From Azolla caroliniana (lineage: Eukaryota > Plantae > Polypodiophyta): a stretch of 64,000 nucleotides of DNA. The stretch is from NCBI GenBank assembly GCA_043228905.1, contig JBHGNT010000003.1, positions 11,656,001 to 11,720,000 of the forward strand. The letters run 5' to 3'. The notes under the pieces are model-generated. The model was not told where the DNA came from. It saw only the letters and a program-made list of their open reading frames with translations, and searched no databases. Shown here one piece after another: positions 54,255-64,000 of this stretch. Numbering within the stretch: position 1 is the first letter of the stretch; every line of letters begins with the position of its first letter. The position numbers and the translations under genes are program-made.

Positions 54255-57200
54255 TGTTAGGATTTTGGTCCCTCCGGATGGGATATGAGTACCCGACAAG
54301 GAATACCCGGTGAGAACCGGATGATGCAGGCCCGGTGAGAACCTCTCACCGGATGAAGGGACATATATGGAAATATGTTTCTGAGAGCCCATTGGGGCTA
54401 TATCTATAAATAGTCCTAATGTCATATTAGTATAAATATGACCTAGGGCAAACAGAGTGTGTATCTTTGTGTTGTCATTATTTTGTATAGTGATATTGGT
54501 TTAATTGTTGTATAGAGCGTAGCAGAGGGAAAGAGAGAGTGAGAGAGAGCGAGACAGAGTGAGTCTCTATTGTAACCGCCACCAAGCGAAGATCGTGAGC
54601 ACGAGGTCATTGCCTCCGTGATTATCTATTGTATTCCTCTCGACATAGTGATAGTTGGAGTTTTTTTCCCATTTAAGGTTTTCCACGAAAATATATTGCG
54701 TACTCTTTTTCAGTGTTTTGTGTATACGTTCATCCATATCCTATTCCCATCTTTCTGTGGTTGATCCTAAGACTCGGTTGTGGCCAAGCAATATTCTGCA
54801 TATTCTCTTCAATCTGGTATCAAAGCGAAACGACATAGAAAATGGAAGATTCATTTGGCGGCATGTTCAAGCTCACTGGCTCCAACTACTCAATGTGGAA
54901 GTCAAAGATGAGGGACATGCTCGTGGTCAAAGATCTTTGGTTGCCGGTTTAGTTCAGGGACAAGAGACCGGACAAGATCGATGCCACGATATGGAAGGTG
55001 ATGCACATGAAGAGAACGACGTACATATGGTGCTTCATCGACATGAGCCTGTACAAGAACTTCAATGAAGAGAGCAAGGCTCATGAGCTCTGGGAGAAGA
55101 TCGACATTATGTTTTAGAACAAAAATGCGGTTAATCAGGTTTTGGTATTTCGGAAGCTAGTAAGACTCTGATACCAAGATGGTTCCAGTATAGCGGAGCA
55201 CATGAATGCCTTCCAGGGGCTGATACACCAGGCAACATCGTTGGAAGTACCTCTCGCCAATGAGGTACTAACATTACTCCTGCTCGGTTCCCTCCTGGAT
55301 AGCTTGGAGACATTAGTTGTCACTTTGGGCAACGCTGGGCCGGAAGGAAAACAACTATCCCTAGCAAGAGTCAAGTCGAGCTTGCTAGATGAGGAGGCGT
55401 GTCGGAAAGACAAGGAGGTGATCTCTGACGCCAAAGCCCTCCTTACAGAATCGGAACGCGGAAGACAAAGGAACTGTAGTCCCCAGAACCAGGAAAAGTC
55501 GGGGACACAGTCAAAGTCAAGGGGGAGGCCTACTTGCTTCTATTGCGGCAAGCCGGGACACTTCCAGAAGAACTGTCGGCATTTTCGGAAAGACAAGGAA
55601 ATCGTCAGTACTGATTCGAAGCGGTCACTTGACCGGAACGGTAAAGATCGGAGGGGGCCGGACCGGAAGGGAACGACGACAATCACGACAAGTGAAGAAG
55701 AGTTGATGCTCATCACCGAGGAGAGTCAGTTGAACCTTGTCGGCGACGAGACAACGTGGGTAGTTGACTCCGGAGCGTCGTTTCACCTTACCCCGGACTG
55801 GAAATGCTTCTCATCCTACACAGTCGGTGAGCACAGCTGTGTCCGGATGGGGAATGAAGGGACATGCCGAATTATCGGCATAGGAGATGTGCTGTTGACG
55901 ACATCAACCAGATGCAAGTTGTTGCTGAAGGATGTCTGACACGTTCCGAAGGTTTGACTGAGCCTAATATCAGCCGGTCAGCTAGACGATGAAGGCTAGA
56001 CGGGTAGCATCCAGAATGGAGTCATGAAGTTTAGCAAAGGGAGCCTAATAGTGGCTCGGGCCCGGAAAGTCAACATGTTGTATCTAATGAATGCCCGGTT
56101 ATGCCGGGAAGAAGTGAACGTTGCATCTGACACTACCGGTGAGCTGTGGCACAAGAGACTGTGTCACATGAGCGAGACGGGGATGAAGAGGCTTGCAGAT
56201 GACAACCTCATTCCTGTGAAAGACGTGCATCTTGAGAAGTGCACCGACAGCCTGGCCGATAAGACATCTTGAGAGGATGAACCAGACTATAATGGAGAGG
56301 GTTCGGAGTATGCTAGCACATGCAAGGTTACCCAAGAAATTTTGGGTTGAGGCACTGGCGACAACGACGTACGTGATAAACAGATCACCCTCAGTACCCG
56401 TGGACGGAGACACGCCACAGAGAGTGTGGACCGGTAAGGAAGTGTCTTACCGGCATCTGAAGGTGTTCGGGTGTCTCGTTTACGTGCATGTTGCAAAGGA
56501 CCGGAGAGCAAAGTTGGATCCAAAGTCCCGGCCTTGCATATTCCTCGGATACGACGATGATGAGTTCGGCTACCGAGTGTGGGATCCCGTCGACAAGAAG
56601 GTGTTCTGGAGTCGAGATATTATCTTCATGGAGGACAAGACCCTTGCCGACTGGGAGTCGGAGAAGAAGATAATGAACTCCAAGTCGACCGGTAAGAATC
56701 AGACCTACCCGGCTCAGAGCTGGTTGACACTCGAAGAACCGGCCGGTTACGGTGAGGATACCAAATCGGTAGAAGAAGGAGAGGAAACTGAAACCGAAAC
56801 CGGACATTTAGGGTATTCTTGACAAGCTAGATGCATGCAGGAAGAGGATTGGATTGAGGAGGCATCCCATGCCGGAGTGAAGGGGGAGTTTGTTAGGATT
56901 TTGGTCCCTCTAGAAGGGATATGAGTACCCGACAAGGAAGACCTGGTGAGAACCGGATGACGCAGGCCCGGTGAGAACCTCTCACTAGATGAAGGGACAT
57001 ATATGGAAATATGTTTCTGAGAGCCCATTGGGCTATATCTGTAAATAGTCCTAATGTCATATTAGTATAAATATGACCTAGGGCAAACAGAGTGTGTATC
57101 ATTGTGTTGTCATTATTTTGTATAGTGATATTGGTGTAACTGTTGTACAGAGCGTAGCCGAGGGAAAGAGAGAGTGAGAGAGAGAGAGACAGAGTGAGTC

Positions 57201-57463
57201 TCTGTTGTAACCGCCGCTATGCGAAGATTGTGAGCACGAGGTCGCTCCCTTCGTGATTATCTATTGTATTCCTCTCGACATAGTGATAGTTGGAGTTTGC
57301 GAACTCCCGTGGTTTTTTTCCCATTTAGGGTTTTCCACGAAAATATGTTGTGTACTCTTTTTTAGTGTTTTGTGTATACGTTCATCCATCTCCTATTCCC
57401 ATCTTTCTGTGGTTGATCCTAAGACTTGGTTGTGGCCAAGCAATATTCCGCATATTCTCTTCA
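54255..57463 (+). mobile_element. Internally deleted Copia element W (gag, PR, partial IN; RT and most of RNase H absent)
   Basis: LTRs at 54255-54811 and 56891-57463; PBS TGGTATCAAAGC; PPT GAAGGGGGAG; CFYCGKPGH, WVVDSGASFH, LWHKRLCH, KLDPKS..IFLGY. Confidence 0.9.
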
Positions 57464-57739
57464 GTTTTGTTCTACTTGCCGGCCAATCAATCGGTGCACT
57501 TCTCAAGTTACACGTTCTTCACCTCAGGAATGAGGTTGTCATCGGCAAGTCACCGCATCCCCTTCTTGCTCATCAGTTCTCCGACAGTATTGGTTGCCAA
57601 ATTCGCTTCCGACCGACATATCTGAGCATGCATCAAATAGAGTGTGTTGGTTTTCCAAGCTCGGGCCACGATCAGGCTCCCTTTGCATAATTTCATGACA
57701 CCGTTCCAAATGCTACCTGTGTAGCCTTCGTCATCCAAC

Positions 57740-57957
57740 TGTTACCATACAAGATGTATGAAGAGTCAAGTGTGATGAGCGAGGGTGGAATGTTAACACA
57801 TGCACACGTGTGTGCATGTGGACATATATGAAGGGGTGTGAGTGAGTGATTAGTGTGAATGGACAAGGGAGCTTGTTCCCTTGTGTATGTAACCTTTTGT
57901 AACTATTTAACCCCTTATGGGGAATGAATGAATAATGAATAGTTCTCTCTCAATCTC

Positions 57958-57989
<32 letters not shown>

Positions 57990-58201
57990 CCCTTACGTTG
58001 AACTCCCTTGGGATGGGGTTGGAGCCATTCTAGGCACCACCCCCCACCCCACAATTCTTCTCAAAATCATCACCATTTCCATCTTCATCTTCATCATTGT
58101 CAATGTCATCATCAATCTTGGAATGCAATCCTCAAACACACCATTTCCATCTTCATCACCATTATCATTAACCCTACCCTAAACCTACAAAACTAACAAC
58201 A
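57740..58201. mobile_element. Solo LTR (462 bp); a fragment of the same family lies at ~46376-46519
   Basis: TGTTA..CAACA with TSD CCAAC, interrupting Copia X coding sequence. Confidence 0.88.
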
Positions 58202-61192
58202 CCAACCGACCTGCTGATATCAGATTCAATCTAACTTCTGGAATGTTCGAACATCTCTCAATACCAGTCTGCAACCTGTAGATGTTTCCAGACACACATC
58301 TCCTATGTCGACGATTCGGCATGGTCCTTCATTTTCCATCTTTACAAGACCGTGGTCTCCAGTCTTGTATGATGAGAAGCACTTTCTGTTGGGGTTTAGG
58401 TGAAATGATGCACTTGAATCGACCGCCCATGTCAATTCTTCGCCGTCAAGGTTTTTCGTTCACTAATTAACAACAACTCCTCTTCACTCGCGGCCATTGC
58501 TGAGGTGTTCTTTCTGTTTAGGATTTTCTTCGGCTTTACACCATCAGTTCCCCATTTCTCCTTTCGAAAGTGTTGACGATTCCTTTGAAGTGCCCCGACT
58601 TCCCACAATAGAAGCATGTGGGCCTCCCCCTTGACTTTGACCTGGTCCCCGACTTATCTCGATTCTGGGGACTTCGATTCCCGCCTCTTCCTCGATTTGG
58701 GTCACTTTTTATGACTAAGGCCTTCGGGTTGGAAATGGACTCTCTGTCCTTTTGGTGAGCTTCCTCGTTTAGTAAGCTCGACTTCACTTGCTCTAGGGAT
58801 AGATGTTTCCATTCCGGTCTGGCGTTGCCCAAAGTGACAACGAGCGTCTCCCAGTTGTCTGGAAGAGATCCCAGTAACAATTTAATGCTAATACCTCGTT
58901 GGCAAGAGGTATTTCTAGAGAGGTGGTTTGATTTATTAGTCCTTGGAAGGCATTCTGGTGCTCCGCTATGCTGGAGCCATCCTGATACCTAAGTCTCACG
59001 ATCTTTCTCAAGACCGAGACTCTATTCATGAAGTTGTTGTTTTCAAATATTACACCAATCTTCTTCTAGAGGACGTCGGCACTCGTCTCTTCATCAAAGT
59101 TGTTGTGTAGACTCATGTCTATAAAACACCTTATGTATGTTGCATCCTTTAGATGGAACACTTCCCAAGTCGATGCATTGATCTTGTTGGGCTTGGTCTT
59201 TCCATATTGCACCGACAACCACAAGTCTTTGCACACGAGCATATCCCGCATCTTCGACTTCCACACTGAGTAGTTGGGGTCGGTTAACTTGAACATTCCA
59301 TCGAATGTGTCTTCCATTGCTCTGATACCAATTTGTTAGGATTGTGATCGGCTACAACCGGTTCCTCGTATACATATGCGGGTGCAAGGAACAAGTCGAC
59401 AGTACTAAGACAAAATAGAAAACAGAGAACAAAGACACAAAATGTTTTACGTGGAGAACCTGAAAGGGAAAAATCACGGGGGTCCACAAACCCCAAAAGT
59501 GTGTGGAGAGGAGTACAAGGAGACTCGGAGGCAACAACCTCGAGCTCGGCTTTGTCTAATAGACGACGACTAGTTATAGAGGCAACTACCTTCTACAACT
59601 ATACAACAATGATCAACTCTGTTCACATAACTACTTGACCTAAGTATATTTATACTTATATACAATATGGGTTATTTACAATTATGGCCTCAAGTCGGCT
59701 TCGACCAATTCGGCTAATAGCCAAATCAATTCAGATTCGATTACTCGGTTCATCTATTTTTCGTTCAATCGATTTTCTGCCTTGGCCGAGGTACCCATTG
59801 ATTCCATCTGCTTTGATTCGGGCTCTTCCCATCCGGAGGGACCAACTTTCCCAACATGTCCCACCTGTTCTTCCCTTCAAGTGTGGCACATCGAGATGAT
59901 GTAGCCCAAGCATCTTCGAAAAAGGGTTGCCACTTGTCCAGTCCAAGCACCTTGGTGAATATGTCGGCAACCTGCCAACCGGTTCGAACATATCAGAGTT
60001 CGACTTCACTACTCATGACCCCTTCACGCACAAAGTGATAATGCACTTCTATGTAATTCGTACGAGCATGGAATACAAGGCCCTTCTTGGCAAGTTGCAT
60101 GCTATTGCTATTGTCATAGTAGATTGGAATTGGAGTGGGAATGTCGACCTTCAGATCTTGCAAGACTCGCTTGAGCCATATGGCCTCACACGTCGCAACG
60201 GTGGCCCCTCTGTACTCAACCTCGGTGCTCGACAGGGCTATGGTCGATTGCTTCTTACTGCTCCATGCTATTGCCACGCTCCCCAGGGAAAATATAAAGC
60301 CTGATGTCGACCGACAATCCATAGTGTCTCTGGCCCAATTGACATATGTGTAGCCAACCAACTGTTTCGCTATGCCATGGTGATATAGCAGTCCACAATC
60401 CTTCGTGCCACTCACATATCTTAATATTCGATGTGCGCATTGAAGATGCTCCATTGTCGGCCTCTGAATAAATTGACTTACCATGTTGATCAAATAGCTA
60501 AGATTGGGTCGGGTGAGGGTTAAGTAGATTAGGCTTCTGACAATTTGTCAGAACTATTTCGCATAGTAGGCCGCTCCCGAGCCGTGGTGAAACTTCAAAT
60601 TTCGATCAAGAGGAGTGGAGACGGATTGGCAATCCATCATACTGAACTTATACAATATATTCAAGACATAGTGTCGTTGAGTTAACAATATGCCGTCAAG
60701 GGTGTGGATCACTTTGATCCCTAGGAAGCAATGAAGGTCCCCTAAATCCTTCATTTCAAATGCTTCCTACACTTGAGATTTTACTCGGTTGAGTTCAGAA
60801 AGGTCGGGGCCAGTGACGACCATGTTGTCCACGTACAACAATATGCACACCGGACCTTTTTGACCTTTTCGGATGAACAAGGAACTGTCGGACTTCGAGA
60901 CCGCAAACCCCATCTTACGTAGACGTTGCATGTGGGGCTTCCTTTAGGCCGTAAAGTGACTTCCTTAACTGGCAAACTGTCGACTTGTTCAGCTCCGATT
61001 GAAATCCAAGGGGTTGCTACGAATCATAGTGATGCGAACTATGTAGGGTGGCTACGAATCATAGTGATCGATCGATTCTTCTTGAACATTCGCGTAGGCA
61101 TACCGCACGTTGATGAGCTTAGATCGAGCTACCAAATTTCTTTGCTACCATGTAAAGAATCAAGTGTATGATTCTGTGCAGCGGAATGAAGA

Positions 61193-61196
<4 letters not shown>

Positions 61197-61277
<81 letters not shown>
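61197..61277. repeat. Compound (TG)n(AG)n microsatellite inside the LTR at 61151-61566
   Basis: Directly visible; a shorter version sits in the sister LTR at ~21770-21792. Confidence 0.95.
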
Positions 61278-61281
<4 letters not shown>

Positions 61282-62199
61282 ACAAATAGGAAGAAAGCAA
61301 GGAAAACTGTATTAACAAGAAAAGATAGCAACCAACAACAATTGCAAAGGAGAGGAGAAGGTGCTTATATGGTCACCTTCTCTCTACACTCTCTTACTAC
61401 CTCTTCAGAAAGAGGTGGGGACTTAACTACCTACCTACAAACTATGTGTCATAGGAGTTAAGTTCTATGACAAATTAGTTATGATACAAAGTGGTGGGGT
61501 GTTCATACACTTGGATGCTCTTAAGGTGTGTTCCCACACTAGGGAAGTTGAGTTTGATTCTCAACACTAAGTAAAAAGAAACACATGAATGTTTGAATAA
61601 TATATGCATTCGTTTGCTAACATATGAAAACAAATGTTATGGAAAACGAATGTGTACATTACGTACTATGATATGAACTAATCTAGTGGTATCCTTGCGT
61701 GCACAATTTGAAAACGTACAGGGAGATTCAGAGTCTCAAGAGTTGGTACAAGCACAATTTATCTCACTCTAGGAAACCACACCATTGGTGATCTTCACGT
61801 CAGGACATCCAAAATAGTGCTTCCAGCCCCCTCACTGGCTCTACCCCCTTGGCCAACAAATCACCCATATTGTTGTTGGTGATATCAATGTCTAACTACA
61901 TTCAAATGCTTGCTACATGTGACTTGAGGCTTGTTGAAAAATAACAGGTTTTGTCAGGCAGACATTTGTTGTTATGTGGACAGTGATTGCCCCACCTTTT
62001 TTGATTTAAAGTGTTTGAACACAACAATAGCCAACTATATATGAAAACGACTTGTAAATAGTTCAGTATCTATAGATACTTAGAGTCTACATAGACTGAT
62101 TTGTATACACAATTTACCTAACTAATGGGAAGCAGTTTTTTCTCAGAAAAGAAAAAGATTATGTCTTCCCAAAACAACAATAATGCGAGGTAATCTTTG

Positions 62200-62660
62200 G
62201 GAAAAAACATCATTGGATTTTATTGAATGCATAATGTTAAAATATCAATGAAAAACTAAGATTGGGTTACTCCTAGATTTGGAAAGAGTGTTTAACCATT
62301 AAAAAGCAAGAACAAGAACAAGAATTGGAGTACAAGTAGGTTGAGTTAGTAACAAAATTGTCGATTCAAGAAAATTGGACTTTCCTATGGCTTGCAAAAT
62401 TAATGCTTTCATGCTTATTTTGTTCAATGGTCCAAGGAACATTGAGAAGGTTTACAATGTTGCAAATATGCGAAATGTGTCCAAGATGTGGTATATACAA
62501 AGGTTGAAACTCTTTTTCATTGGTTACTAACATACCCAAAGAATAAAAAGGCTATTGGAGTTCTATCTAGGGCATTCTGGCATATATAATGCCCTTTATG
62601 TGGAAAGAATCCTCATAAATGAAACCAAATATATCTTTCCCCATACTTTCAGATACTTAT
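62200..62660 (+). pseudogene. Possible highly decayed LINE 3' zinc-finger relic
   Basis: CPLCGK..ET..IF-like stretch at ~62590-62640; weak evidence. Confidence 0.3.
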
Positions 62661-64000
62661 ATTAAAAAATTCCTGAGTAGTTTAGCTTGTTTTTAACAAT
62701 AAACTTGTGGCCAAGTCATGCTAGAAGTTAAGGACTTGTAGGTGGTGCTAAAATGAAAATAAGAAGCTAGAGATGGTCACAGTTTGTATTGAAGACAATG
62801 GTGAGGAGAAATTGAGGAGATAAAGCATAATATGTAAAGTGGACTTGCCTAGGATGTTAGTTATTGTGGAATTAGAAGTGCCTACCTGAACCTATTGTTG
62901 AGTGCTATCTTTTGGATGTAATATAAAAGATTGTATCTTATGTATTATGATAAAAATATCTTATGTATTGTGATAAAAAAAGATAGAGAAAGTAATACAT
63001 GCAGCAAATATAAGGAGGCCAAAATATATCGCAATTCTTAAATTCGTGTCAATGAAGATAATATATAAGTAAAATCCACTCCATCAAAATAACCATTATA
63101 TTACAAGTGCCTATGGAGTTACAATCATTTTTAATATTTCCATTTTTGACGTCTTTCTACATAAAGTCAATTTGAACAATCATACATGGGGATATAGTTT
63201 CCGTTTTCCCTTACATTATTTGAACGAAATCAGTTTAGTATGAGAAAAAGATTAATTATTTATCTCAGACATATTGTCATTGGTTATATTTTAAATCTAA
63301 GACAAACTCGTATCAAAATTGAACAACATTTCATTTTATATAAAATCCAAGAAACATCAAAAGCTAATATTTTCATTCAAACTCCATTATTTGAGAAAGA
63401 TTTTGGTTGATAAAAGGGACAATATCGACATCGTTCTTAGTAGTTTGAGAAATATCATCACACACTATCCCATGAAAAATATAAAGTAGTTTATATTTAA
63501 AATATATTTAAGGTAATTGAAACGTGATTATACACTCATATAAATTGCTAGGTCAAAATCTCAATCGAACGACATGCATTAAAAAAATATAAATGGGATA
63601 TTGTACAAGTATGATTAACATTCTATTAGCATATAAAATAGACTAACATAAAACTATTTCAAAAGTAATTGTGTTTCAAGATTCCACCATTATTTCCTAC
63701 AAAGTTTGAAGCTATCATGAACGTGGGGGTTTTAACAAATGACTCAAGATGGAAGCGGAAATTGCTTCAAAATGAGAAATGTGATTAATGTCTTGATAAA
63801 TTCTTTATTGCATTCCTTAATTTAAGTTTTCATTTTTTATGGAAACCAAAGATGTATATGAAAATATGTTGTACCTCATTCATATGCTATAAAACACACA
63901 TACATACATATGTGCATGTGTGCACACACACACACTCGTTTGTGGAGGAAAAATGGCAACCTCGACATCATGGGTTCAAGCCTAATTAGTATGTTATTGG

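Larger units (their letters stand above)
45131..59856 (-). mobile_element. Copia element X (5' LTR 59334-59856; 3' LTR remnant 45131-~45380; gag/PR 58202-59317; integrase pieces 57464-57739 and ~53880-54254) with nested insertions
   Basis: PBS TGGTATCAGAGC; MEDTFDGMFKLTDPNYSVWKSKM; CFYCGKSGH; WAVDSSASFH; LTR pieces homologous; degenerate TSD TATCA/TGTCC. Confidence 0.75.
43981..61010 (-). mobile_element. Copia element Y: 3' LTR 43981-44502, 3' region 44503-45130, RT/RNase H 59857-~61010; interrupted by Copia X
   Basis: PPT TTGAGGGGGAG next to the LTR; KSLYGLKEAP, LYVDN, MKDLG, WSSKKQSTIALSSTEVEY; sequence on both sides of X joins through an 18-bp tandem unit. Confidence 0.75.
21724..61566 (-). 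mobile_element. Putative outer Ty1/Copia element Z enclosing ~38 kb of nested insertions (3' LTR remnant 21724-~21883, RNase H end ~21980-22139, RT piece ~43400-43980, 5' LTR 61151-61566)
   Basis: Both LTRs start TGTAAAGAATCAAGTGTATGATT; CTAAG flanks both outer ends; degenerate PBS TGGTAGCAAAG at 61150. Only ~160 bp of the left LTR survives, and assigning the internal pieces to Z is inference. Confidence 0.6.

Overview
Eukaryotic, AT-rich nuclear DNA from a plant. A fern or other seed-free plant is inferred from the transposon families and the gene type; the species cannot be determined. Bases 1-6384 (- strand) hold the 5' seven coding exons of a spliced membrane sensor histidine kinase (MASE1-like multi-TM input, coiled coil, HisKA, start of HATPase) that runs off the left edge. 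A microsatellite-rich upstream region follows, then about 5.5 kb of unassigned DNA. The rest is mostly retrotransposons. These include a young non-autonomous Gypsy (13859-17760), an L1 relic, and a ~40-kb multi-level nest (21724-61566) of Copia, chromovirus, non-chromovirus Gypsy, LINE and solo-LTR pieces, many with readable target-site duplications (TSDs). The most notable observations are the MASE1 kinase, a chromovirus with self-priming and -1 frameshift signals, a replicating element whose RT lacks the catalytic core, a hairpin-repeat/spacer array in a Gypsy leader, TG..TA LTRs, and a Copia pol with a C-terminal extension after RNase H. All coordinates and alignments were read by eye; no searches were run.
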